Source of the DNA: Candidatus Thorarchaeota archaeon
GTDB lineage: Archaea > Asgardarchaeota > Thorarchaeia > Thorarchaeales > Thorarchaeaceae
Assembly: GCA_003345595.1 (NCBI GenBank)
Contig: PRDI01000007.1
Coordinates: forward strand, 1-43,130
Length of the DNA stretch: 43,130 nt
Direction of reading: 5' to 3'
Numbering within the stretch: position 1 is the first letter of the stretch; each line of letters starts with the position of its first letter. The position numbers and the translations under genes were made by a program. Below, one piece after another: positions 1 through 8,390 of the stretch. The notes beneath the pieces are model-generated. The model ran no database searches and had not been told where the DNA came from. It saw only the letters and a list, made by a program, of their open reading frames with translations.

Positions 1-2
1 TG

Positions 3-161
3 AACATTGGCCTTATCCGGCTCATCATGAAGAAGCAGGGTGTTCAGCTCGCAGAAGAGTTGGAGAAGTTCTTGGCAGTCGAACCCACAGCACCATCAAA
101 GGGCAAGGAGCTGGACGAAGAGGATCTGAAGTCCGCTCTGGCAGAGCTAGAAAAGGTGTGA
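3..161 (+). CDS. C-terminal fragment of a probable roadblock/LC7 (MglB-like) protein, truncated by the window start
   Basis: Open frame NIGLIRLIMKKQGVQLAEELEKFL...DEEDLKSALAELEKV* ends at TGA 159-161. NIGLIRLIMKK parallels the last roadblock helix of 984..1364 (KLGLVFLDMKR). Confidence 0.65.
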   Translation, partial: NIGLIRLIMKKQGVQLAEELEKFLAVEPTAPSKGKELDEEDLKSALAELEKV

Positions 162-409
162 GTCCCCGCTGGTCGCCGGAACTGACCTGTCGCGCTCACT
201 CCTGTCTACCTGACGGACAAAGGCTTTTATGAGAGTACAATTGTTACCACAGCCAGTTACCCGATTTGGGATGCCCGGCTCGGGGACTAATACTTGGCTC
301 TCAGAGCATGAGAATTGCCCGGTGGAACATACTCTTACATTGGTGGTGTTTCTTCGCCACCAAGACAGAAATGGTCCACAAGAACAGCATAGCACCGAGG
401 TGTTGAAAC

Positions 410-973
410 GTGCGCAAGGATGACAAGGGCAGGATTCATCTCAAGCTGGTATTCTACGGTCCGAGCCTAGGCGGCAAGACAACAGCCCTGCGTTGGCTGT
501 ATGGAAAGGTCGAGGGTCTTCAGAAGGGAGAGTTCACAGCGATTGAGGATGAAACTAATCGCACCCTGTTCTTTGACTACGTACCGATGAGCGCAGGAGG
601 CCGTGTTCTCTTTGACGTCTTCACTGTTGCAGGACAGAAGCGACACAGGCACCAGAGGAAGGTTGTGCTCCAAGGGACTGACGGGATACTCTTCGTTGCT
701 GATTCATCTCCCGACCAGCGAGAGGAGAACGTTGAGAGCTTCGAGGAGTTGAAGTTGTTCTTGGGCGACGTATTGGGTCGCGACATTCCGATTGTAGTCA
801 TGCTGAACAAGCGTGACCTGCCCAACAGGATGTCTCGTGATGAGATGCTTGATCTACTGGGACTCGGAGGGAATGTGCCAATCTACGAAACCATTGCCGT
901 TCAGGGAGTCGGAGTTAAAAGAGCCTTCCAAGCCATAGCACGGGAAGTCATCCTTAAGAGAATGTACAAGTGA
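410..973 (+). CDS. mglA: MglA-family small GTPase
   Basis: KLVFYGPSLGGKTT (G1), RTLFFDY (MglA switch I with intrinsic Arg), FTVAGQ (G3), NKRD (G4), ETIA (G5). GTG start preceded by GAGGTG. Confidence 0.9.
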   Translation: MRKDDKGRIHLKLVFYGPSLGGKTTALRWLYGKVEGLQKGEFTAIEDETNRTLFFDYVPMSAGGRVLFDVFTVAGQKRHRHQRKVVLQGTDGILFVADSSPDQREENVESFEELKLFLGDVLGRDIPIVVMLNKRDLPNRMSRDEMLDLLGLGGNVPIYETIAVQGVGVKRAFQAIAREVILKRMYK

Positions 974-983
974 ATGCACCCAG

Positions 984-1364
984 GTGAGTCTGATGAGCGA
1001 GTCGCGCGGCGATACACTCGAGGGAGTCCTGAACGAGCTACAAGGCAGTATTCCCGAGATTGAGGCCTGTGCCATAGTGAGTGTTGAGGGGCTTCCAATA
1101 GTTTCAGCCCTGCCAACCGACGTTGATGAGGCAAAGCTTGCAGCAATAACAGCAGCAATGTTGACTCTGGGTGAGAAAGCAGCGGTTGAACTCGGAAAGG
1201 GCAATCTTGAGCAGGTCAACGTGAAGGGTGTTAACGGCTGGATACTTGTGATTCAAGCGGGAATGAACGCATGTCTCACTGTGTCGACAACGGCCAGTGC
1301 GAAGCTTGGCCTTGTGTTCCTTGACATGAAACGAGCTGCAGAGAAGGTGGCCCAACTCATCTGA
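984..1364 (+). CDS. Roadblock/LC7 domain protein (MglB-like)
   Basis: IEACAIVSVEGLPIVS, LAAITAAMLTLGEKAAVELGKGNLEQVNVKG, KLGLVFLDMKRAA. Lies 10 bp after the GTPase. Confidence 0.92.
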   Translation: MSLMSESRGDTLEGVLNELQGSIPEIEACAIVSVEGLPIVSALPTDVDEAKLAAITAAMLTLGEKAAVELGKGNLEQVNVKGVNGWILVIQAGMNACLTVSTTASAKLGLVFLDMKRAAEKVAQLI

Positions 1365-1453
1365 TTCTCTGGGCACCTCAGCATCAAGCCTATTAGGCCA
1401 TCCAATTTCTCACTTCATAGACAGGTCGTCCTATAAACAGGTCGTGGTGTTCG

Positions 1454-2221
1454 TTGAACTTTGCTGGGCCGGTGTACAGGCTCTATGAATACTGGCTATA
1501 CAAGCAGCTGAGTAAGGAGAAGGCACCTCGACACGTAGGCATAATACTCGACGGTAATCGCCGCTATGCTCGAGAGCATGGTTTTGATGTGCCATGGATG
1601 GGACATCACAAGGGCGCACAGAAAGTCATGGAGGTCCTGCGAATTCTCTGGGAGGCGGGTGTTAAGGTGTGCACGCTCTATGCCTTCTCAGTTGAAAACT
1701 TCCAGAGGAGCAATGATGAAGTCAAAGAGATAATGACAATTGCCCGGAAGAAGTTCGCTGATGTCATTGGCGACCCCGACGTACACAGACACAAGGTCCG
1801 CATCAAGGCCATTGGTCGAGTTGATCTCTTGCCTCCAGAAGTGAGGGAGGCAATCCACAAGGCCGAAACCGAAACTGAGAACTATACTGATCATATCCTG
1901 AATGTCGCCATAGGATACTCGGGGAGAGCTGAGCTAGTAGATGCGGTCAGGGCCATCGGCCAGATGATCAAGGCTGGAGAGATTTCTCCCTCTGATGTGG
2001 ACGAACAAGTAATCGAGAGTCACCTGTACACTAATGGAGTCCCGGACCCGGATCTCATCATCCGAACATCCGGCGAAGAAAGGCTCTCAGGCTTCCTTCT
2101 TTGGCAGTCTGCCTATTCAGAGCTGTATTTTGCACAGGTATACTGGCCTGCAGTGAGGCGTATTGACATCTGGCGGGCATTGCGGTCATACGAACGACGT
2201 TCTCGCAGATTCGGCAAATGA
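1454..2221 (+). CDS. uppS: cis-prenyltransferase (polyprenyl diphosphate synthase)
   Basis: PRHVGIILDGNRRYA, YAFSVENFQR, PDPDLIIRTSGEERLSGFLLWQSAYSE. Confidence 0.96.
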   Translation: MNFAGPVYRLYEYWLYKQLSKEKAPRHVGIILDGNRRYAREHGFDVPWMGHHKGAQKVMEVLRILWEAGVKVCTLYAFSVENFQRSNDEVKEIMTIARKKFADVIGDPDVHRHKVRIKAIGRVDLLPPEVREAIHKAETETENYTDHILNVAIGYSGRAELVDAVRAIGQMIKAGEISPSDVDEQVIESHLYTNGVPDPDLIIRTSGEERLSGFLLWQSAYSELYFAQVYWPAVRRIDIWRALRSYERRSRRFGK

Positions 2222-2359
2222 GCCATACATCGGACTGTAGAACCGTTGCTTTGTTCGCAGGAGCCATCGAATGACACAGTGTTTTATATGTCCAGAGCTC
2301 CCCGATGGCCAGATGAGGCAATGCTCAGTTAGAGCTGACAGGACTAACGAAGAGAGTGC

Positions 2360-3610
2360 ATGGCTTTGGTCAGGACGCCAATCGAAGTCTACAGAGGGCT
2401 GGTCCGGACGCGTCTTGGTGACGAGTTGCCAGCACACCTCAGGGCCGTCACTGATCGATTCTCAGAGGGAACATTCGCTGGTCAGAGCACATCGAGCCAC
2501 TTAACAAAGCTTCTGACACTGTTCTCTCGGTTCATGGCATACCTCGACTCTAGAGAGGTTGCCAACTTGTCCGATCTCACTCGTGCAGTAGACTTGCTTG
2601 ACCACTTTGCATCGACTTCTAAGTGGTGGTCAATCACGAGAAAGGCGCCCGGTCTGGTGCTTAGACCGCCGTCACATGATCCACACGAGTTCATGGAGTC
2701 TCTTGCTGCCGTTCAGCTTGGCAACGAAACACTCAGTCGTATTGCAGGCTCCACCGAGAAATTGTCGCAGTATCTGGAAGAGCATGGTATAGCTGAGTCA
2801 CGTACTAAGTCCGATTTGTGTGAGAGTTTCGCTTCAGTCTGGGCCCTCATGAGCGCAATCGTTTCGAAGAGTCAGGGACGCACTATAACCTCGGAAAACG
2901 ACTTCGAAGTGGGATTCGACGTGATTCGGGTGTTGTTGTTCTACAGCTTCGCCGATGACTTCAAGGCGTTGACTGCTGTTCGAACTGTGGGCACAAACCC
3001 CAAAGTGCATCGAGCTGCAGGCGTGACCCTAGCACCGGGTTTTGAGCGAAAGCTGGACTCTTCGGCGATGGCCCGACTTGAACGACTACATGGCGAGAGT
3101 CTGTCGAAGCTCGCATCAATGACATCGGGAGCCGGCCGTTCCATTCTTACAAACTCCCTTCGTTTTCTTGCTCAGCTGCTGGCTGTGGAGCGGGGTTTCA
3201 CGAGAGTTGACGAACAAAGCTATGAATCCACGATAGCGGCAGCGTTGGTTGCGATTAGGAATGTCGGCATTCCTCCTGACCTCTTTCAGGAGGAGTCTGC
3301 AGTAGTCAGCCTCTTCAAGAGCCTCAAACCTTCGGAGGATATCGGAGAGCGAATCAGTCTCCTAATGAGGCGATTCGAAGGGCTAATTGCTGACTCCGCA
3401 GGCAGTCGTGAGTTTCTGCTGCAGCACTCTCGGCTGGTACCTCAACTGGTTTCACTGCTATTGCTTCTCGCTTCTGAAACGAAACCAAAGCCTGAGGGCG
3501 GGCTCCAAGATCCCGACCTAAAGAGAGGCCTGATTCTGCTTGAGCAGCTTCTCAACGACTTGGGCTCTGTGTCTTCTTCGTTTCCTCAATCAGAATCCTC
3601 GCGTCGATGA
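2360..3610 (+). CDS. Hypothetical helical protein with four ~100-aa internal repeats (AAA-lid/histone-fold-like)
   Basis: 416-aa ORF filling the uppS-acdB gap. Repeats are visible by eye and there is no P-loop. Confidence 0.8.
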   Translation: MALVRTPIEVYRGLVRTRLGDELPAHLRAVTDRFSEGTFAGQSTSSHLTKLLTLFSRFMAYLDSREVANLSDLTRAVDLLDHFASTSKWWSITRKAPGLVLRPPSHDPHEFMESLAAVQLGNETLSRIAGSTEKLSQYLEEHGIAESRTKSDLCESFASVWALMSAIVSKSQGRTITSENDFEVGFDVIRVLLFYSFADDFKALTAVRTVGTNPKVHRAAGVTLAPGFERKLDSSAMARLERLHGESLSKLASMTSGAGRSILTNSLRFLAQLLAVERGFTRVDEQSYESTIAAALVAIRNVGIPPDLFQEESAVVSLFKSLKPSEDIGERISLLMRRFEGLIADSAGSREFLLQHSRLVPQLVSLLLLLASETKPKPEGGLQDPDLKRGLILLEQLLNDLGSVSSSFPQSESSRR

Positions 3611-4304
3611 CAAGTGCACCTTTGCCTTTCTCATAGATGAAAGTGGGGTTGCAGTCGAGTTCGACTATCTCTGGGTTTTCCTTCACCATCCTCGAAACAG
3701 ATAGTATCACATTAACCAGTGCGTCCACGTCTCGAGGAGGTTGGCCGCGGACTCCGTCAAGGATCTTCGCTGCCTTTATCTCACTGACCATTTCACGAGC
3801 ATCGAACTCTGACATTGGTATGAGTCTGAAGGTGACATCCTTCAGTACTTCCACGAATATCCCTCCGAGCCCAAACATCAGTGCATGACCAAACTGTGGG
3901 TCTCGCGTCACTCCAATGATGACTTCGGTGCCCGTGTCTGCGAAATCAGAGATGAGCACACCGCGGCTAAGATCAACTTTGGTTCCTTTGTCCTTGCCAT
4001 ACTTCACTGCATTATCCATGATTTCCTGAAAGGCCGTCTTGACTTCGCCTTCGTCCTTGAGGTTAATCTTAACACCTCCAGCATCCGACTTATGGAGGAT
4101 ATCTTTAGACAGCACCTTGAGAACCACAGGAAATCCAATCTTCTTAGCTTTTGAGGCCGCATCTTCTGCTGTCGTGGCAGTGTCATAAGCAGGAATCGGA
4201 ATGCCATAAGCCTTCATGATATCCTTCGCTTCATTCTCTAAGATGTATGTACGCCCCTCCGCCAGAGCGGTTTCAAACACCTTCTTGGCAGTTTTCATTT
4301 GCAT
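3552..4304 (-). CDS. acdB: ADP-forming acetyl/acyl-CoA synthetase beta subunit (ATP-grasp)
   Basis: GFPVVLKV, ILHKSDAGGVK, DPQFGHALMFGLGGIFVEVLKDVTFR, ELDCNP. Start inferred at ATG 4304 (ORF open to 4337). Confidence 0.93.
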   Translation of the reverse strand: MQMKTAKKVFETALAEGRTYILENEAKDIMKAYGIPIPAYDTATTAEDAASKAKKIGFPVVLKVLSKDILHKSDAGGVKINLKDEGEVKTAFQEIMDNAVKYGKDKGTKVDLSRGVLISDFADTGTEVIIGVTRDPQFGHALMFGLGGIFVEVLKDVTFRLIPMSEFDAREMVSEIKAAKILDGVRGQPPRDVDALVNVILSVSRMVKENPEIVELDCNPTFIYEKGKGALVIDARILIEETKKTQSPSR

Positions 4305-4545
4305 ATCAGACCTCGTCAGTTCCAATCGGTGGCTCATTGCCCGTTTTTATTCTTTCGCAGTCCTGGAAGTCAGGCACGTAGAAGCTGCCTAGACGCCAGA
4401 CAATCTTGAGCATGGCTAAGTGGGACTTAAATATCTCCCGAGTTGACCTCTCTCGATTGTTGGCTTCAGACAGCATGATTTCAAGGATTGTGATGGCATT
4501 ACCGTTCCCGGAGAACAAGGGCTCCAGTATCCAATCTCAGACATC

Positions 4546-5979
4546 TCACTGTGATCGATTGAACTCTCCGCCATATCTGATTCTTCCGTACTCCGCGAGT
4601 GCGCTTGCGGCGACTGCCGCCTTCTCACCTGTTGCATAAGTGGGTGTACCCATGAGTTCCATTATTTCTCCCGCTTTCGTAGTGAATGCACCCCCCATTG
4701 AAACAACAACGAAGGGCTTTCCAGACTGGCGCTGGTAGTTCGATATCACATTCGTGACATCCATTCCCAATGAAGGGGTCTGCAGCAGCATGCCTACAAC
4801 AAAAATGTCATACTCGCTGCTCTTGATTGCCTCATCTAACACCGCATCATAGCGGCCAGCGTCAGTATCACCAACGACATCGATCGGGTTGTGCCATGAA
4901 CAGTAGGACGGCAGTCGTGACTTCAACTTCTCCTCCAGTTCCGGGGACGGACTTGGTACCGCCAAGCCCATCGCCTCGAGGGCGTCTGTGGTCATGACTC
5001 CCAGGCCCCCGCCATTGGTGACCATTAGCACCCTGTCCCCTCTTGCAGGCGGCTGCATGGCAAGGGCCTTAGCCATGTCAAACATGTGCTCGAAGTTGTC
5101 TGCCCTAATCACTCCTGACTGCCTGTAGGCTGCATCGGCAATCTGGTCTAGACCTGCAAGGGCACCCGTGTGAGAGCTGGCGGCAGCGCGCGCCCGCTTT
5201 CCTCTTCCTGACTTCACAACCAGCACTGGTTTCCGCAGCACGGTGGTCTTTGCAGTTTCGAAGAAAGTACGTCCCTTGTCTTTATCATAACCTTCTATGT
5301 AGAAGCAGATAACTTGTGTCGACGGATCCTCCCCTAGGTAGCAGAGCAGATCGTCGTCGTCCACATCACACTTGTTTCCCAGACTGATGATCTTGCTGAT
5401 CCCTATCCCGAGTTCAGATGTCCAGTCAGATATAGCCGCAGCAAATGCTCCGGACTGGGAGACCAGAGAGATGTTTGCCACGTTGCTAGGTTTCGGTCGT
5501 CCGCACCTGTACTCCGGCAAGAAGAACGTGTCCACATGAGTCTGGCTGTCTATCACGCCAACACAGTTAGGACCGATTATGCGTATACCGTGTCTTCTCG
5601 CTATCGCCACAATCTCGTCCTCGATCTCTGCTCCTGCAGGACCTGTTTCCGAGAATCCCCCAGAAATCACAATCGCTGCCTTCGTACCCTTTGCCCCGAT
5701 ATCCTCGAATACTCTTGGCGTGATTCTTGCCGGGACTGCGACGACCACTAGGTCCACCGGGTGCGGAATCTCCTGCAGAGTAGGAAAGCAGGGCACGCCG
5801 AGAACGCTAGAATACTTTGGGTTGACTGCGTAAATCTTGCCTGTGTACTGTGGCTTTATGAAATTCTGAATGATGGCTTGGCCAACGCTATTGGGAGTCG
5901 CTGAGGCCCCGTAGACGGCAACGCTTTTCGCATTGAAGAAGTGGTCAATGCCGGTCGTATCTACTCCCGACAATATCAT
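4546..5979 (-). CDS. acdA: ADP-forming acetyl/acyl-CoA synthetase alpha subunit
   Basis: SVAVYGAS, IGPNCVG, SQSGA, SLGNKCD, AASSHTGALAG (phospho-His), TNGGGLG, NPIDVVGD. Start inferred (ORF open to 6027). Confidence 0.93.
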   Translation of the reverse strand: MILSGVDTTGIDHFFNAKSVAVYGASATPNSVGQAIIQNFIKPQYTGKIYAVNPKYSSVLGVPCFPTLQEIPHPVDLVVVAVPARITPRVFEDIGAKGTKAAIVISGGFSETGPAGAEIEDEIVAIARRHGIRIIGPNCVGVIDSQTHVDTFFLPEYRCGRPKPSNVANISLVSQSGAFAAAISDWTSELGIGISKIISLGNKCDVDDDDLLCYLGEDPSTQVICFYIEGYDKDKGRTFFETAKTTVLRKPVLVVKSGRGKRARAAASSHTGALAGLDQIADAAYRQSGVIRADNFEHMFDMAKALAMQPPARGDRVLMVTNGGGLGVMTTDALEAMGLAVPSPSPELEEKLKSRLPSYCSWHNPIDVVGDTDAGRYDAVLDEAIKSSEYDIFVVGMLLQTPSLGMDVTNVISNYQRQSGKPFVVVSMGGAFTTKAGEIMELMGTPTYATGEKAAVAASALAEYGRIRYGGEFNRSQ

Positions 5980-6291
5980 CACCCAGACAAATGGTACGTT
6001 CTCTACAGCTGCGACAAATGTGTCCATCAGTTATACTTGTGGGTGGGCAAAATCTGTTAAAGGATTGAATTGATTCGGATTCTCCCAGACGCGGACTCAG
6101 ACATCTCTTGACCTAATCGACCTCTGAAGTGAGTCGAACGAAATCCATCATCAAGGATTTGGCCCAATCCCGTTTCAATGAGGCCAACTACTCTTGTACC
6201 CAGTCCCATTCAAGAAATAATGGCTATCAGCATCCCAATACACATCACAAGGCTAATAGCAGATGAGCCGTTTCTGACCCCAGAACGCCCA

Positions 6292-7314
6292 ATGACCTTC
6301 TCAATTCTCAGGGACGGCTTTCACATACTGAATGCATCGGTAGAAGAGGCGGGCCAAGCCGCGACAAAGGGTTTTGAGAGAAGAATCCAGCATTTCGGCA
6401 GCAGTCTGATGTGCTATAGCCCGACGTCATATCCGTACAGAATCAGAGACCACAGACAGACTACCTCTACGAGTTTTATATCGCTTAGCATCACAGGCAG
6501 AACCTGTTCACTGAACTGCGAGCACTGCAATGGACGTCTTCTCAGAGGAATGGAACCAGTGCTTACCCCGGAGGGCCTTGTCAAAAGGTGCAAGGAAGTC
6601 AAGGCGCAAGGTGCTGAGGGCGTACTCATCAGCGGTGGGTCTGACAGCGAGGGTCATGTGCCACTTGCTCATTATGCCGAAGAGATCTCAACCATCAAGA
6701 AGGATATTGGACTGAAGGTTGTTGTTCATACGGGTCTTGTGGATGACGACACTGCAAGGATTCTGGCCAAGGCGAAGGTAGACGCAGCGATGCTCGATGT
6801 AATAGGTGACGAGCGTGTGGCCCGAGATGTGTACCACATTGAGAACGGCCCCGCCAAGATGGACAAGTCACTTGAAGTCCTAGCAAGGAATGGTGTTCCT
6901 ACCGTGCCCCATGTCCTTGTTGGACTCAACTACGGACAACTCGGCGGTGAGCTTGAGGCATTGCACTTGATCTCAAGGAGGCCTACTGCTGCTGTGGTCA
7001 TCATCATTCTCAGCCCTATCAAGAAAACAGCCATGGAGGGTGTCGAACCGCCGACACCTGATGTTGTCGGCCGTTTTATGACCATAGCTCGGCTCGGACT
7101 GGAGAGGACTCCTCTCTTGCTGGGCTGCGCTCGGCCCATTGGAAAACACAAAATCGAATCCGATAGGTTCGCTGTCAAGAGTGGCATGAACGGAATCGCA
7201 TACATCAGTCAAGAAGGTGTCGACCTTGCGAGAAGCATGGGCCTGAGGCCCGTGTTCAGGGATGCTTGTTGCTCACTTGCACCTCACGACCTGATACAGG
7301 CAGCCCTCTCATGA
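6292..7314 (+). CDS. lipS1: Radical SAM protein, archaeal lipoyl synthase subunit LipS1-like
   Basis: SITGRTCSLNCEHC (CX3CX2C), LISGG, LGCARP and C-terminal ACC, matching the GC(M/A)R and CC motifs described for LipS1. Start uncertain (ORF open from 6178). Confidence 0.78.
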   Translation: MTFSILRDGFHILNASVEEAGQAATKGFERRIQHFGSSLMCYSPTSYPYRIRDHRQTTSTSFISLSITGRTCSLNCEHCNGRLLRGMEPVLTPEGLVKRCKEVKAQGAEGVLISGGSDSEGHVPLAHYAEEISTIKKDIGLKVVVHTGLVDDDTARILAKAKVDAAMLDVIGDERVARDVYHIENGPAKMDKSLEVLARNGVPTVPHVLVGLNYGQLGGELEALHLISRRPTAAVVIIILSPIKKTAMEGVEPPTPDVVGRFMTIARLGLERTPLLLGCARPIGKHKIESDRFAVKSGMNGIAYISQEGVDLARSMGLRPVFRDACCSLAPHDLIQAALS

Positions 7315-7834
7315 TTCCACCTGCTACTTCGTAACCAGAATCAAGAGACCACATACCCACTGCAGTGGGAAAGAACGAGAGCCAGACCAAAGAGCAAAGC
7401 AGTACGACACATTTCAGGGTGAAACGGTACCTGAAGAAGAAATGTGCTCGTGAGTTCTCTCTTATATCGGCCCAATCATGACCTCGTTCGTCAAATGCTG
7501 CTGCGAGCAGCAATACCAACACTAGGGCCATCCAGTTGACCCAGTTGATGACATTGGGAACTCCCCTGATAGTCAGCACGACCCCAATAAGAAGAAAACC
7601 AATTACGAACTGTGGCTTGTTGACCTTGCCTGTGAGAAGCACGCCAATGACTATCGCGGTGAGCAAGGCCAAGTCCCATTCTGAGAGGCTCATAATCACG
7701 CCGAACAGTACTCCAGAGAGGGCCAAAGGAAACCAAGCGAGGCTGGGCCTGTCAAGCTCATCAAGCAAATCATCACCCATCTTCAGAGTGAGACCTGCCG
7801 ACCAGTACATGAGAAAGTAGACAATCCACCACAC
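7256..7834 (-). CDS. Polytopic membrane protein of unknown function
   Basis: 192 aa with about 6 hydrophobic segments and acidic motifs KMGDDLLDE and FDERGHD. Confidence 0.75.
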   Translation of the reverse strand: MWWIVYFLMYWSAGLTLKMGDDLLDELDRPSLAWFPLALSGVLFGVIMSLSEWDLALLTAIVIGVLLTGKVNKPQFVIGFLLIGVVLTIRGVPNVINWVNWMALVLVLLLAAAFDERGHDWADIRENSRAHFFFRYRFTLKCVVLLCSLVWLSFFPTAVGMWSLDSGYEVAGGIMRGLPVSGREVQVSNKHP

Positions 7835-7884
7835 CCTCTATGTCATCTCACAGGCGCCAAGATTGGAGTATCTCCTCGGACTTA

Positions 7885-7975
7885 CCCTCAGCTTAACTAT
7901 GACTCATCATTGGACTTGCGTCCTAAGATAGCCTTTGGTCATCATTGGATAGCCCAAGAGACTCATCCAAAGGGA
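7885..7975 (-). ncRNA. Box C/D 2'-O-methylation guide sRNA, predicted target LSU rRNA helix 69
   Basis: Minus strand: ATGATGA (7945-7939), ATGATGA (7910-7904), 12-nt spacer GTCATAGTTAAG, CTGA (7891-7888). The spacer is antisense to the conserved H69 sequence UAACUAUGAC. The 5' end is uncertain. Confidence 0.75.
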
Positions 7976-8006
7976 CCGCATATCCCGGTAAAAGATGTTG
8001 TTGGAA

Positions 8007-8291
8007 TCAGAGAAGGGTCACAGGCGTACCCAAAGCCTGTCCCGGTAGGTTAGTCCGGAACTTCGCACGGACTGCCCCACTGTTACCATGAACACCGAGC
8101 ACCTTTCCAACGAACTCACTTCCCGATGTAGAAACCCACTTGATGTCCCGGCCAACTAGGGCTGCGGCACCACTCTTTGATTCGACACCATCAAACTGCA
8201 GAATGACTTGGCCGTGGTGCTGGAGGTGTTTTCCTCTACGATAGCTCATCACGACGCCCTTGCGGCCTTTGATCACATCGCTTGTAGACAT
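8007..8291 (-). CDS. rpl35ae: 50S ribosomal protein L35Ae (eL33)
   Basis: KGVVMSYRRGKHLQ, GKVLGVHGNSGAVRAKFRTNLPGQALG. ATG 8291 inferred as start. Confidence 0.95.
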   Translation of the reverse strand: MSTSDVIKGRKGVVMSYRRGKHLQHHGQVILQFDGVESKSGAAALVGRDIKWVSTSGSEFVGKVLGVHGNSGAVRAKFRTNLPGQALGTPVTLL

Positions 8292-8390
8292 GGCAACCCC
8301 TCGTATTGTGGGTTCTCGATGATGCTCGCCAGACCACATTTAAGACTTACTGAATGATAGCAGATGGCTTCCTAACTCGTCCCTGCATGA

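Noticed and set aside
229-423. 64-aa ORF upstream of mglA
   Set aside because: It has no recognisable motif, starts at a TATA-like TTTTAT and overlaps the mglA RBS and start. It is more likely leader sequence.
6097-6154. Possible second C/D sRNA on the minus strand (TTGATGA...CAGA...CTGA)
   Set aside because: C' is poor, there is no terminal stem, and I recognise no rRNA/tRNA complement. It cannot be supported without a scan.
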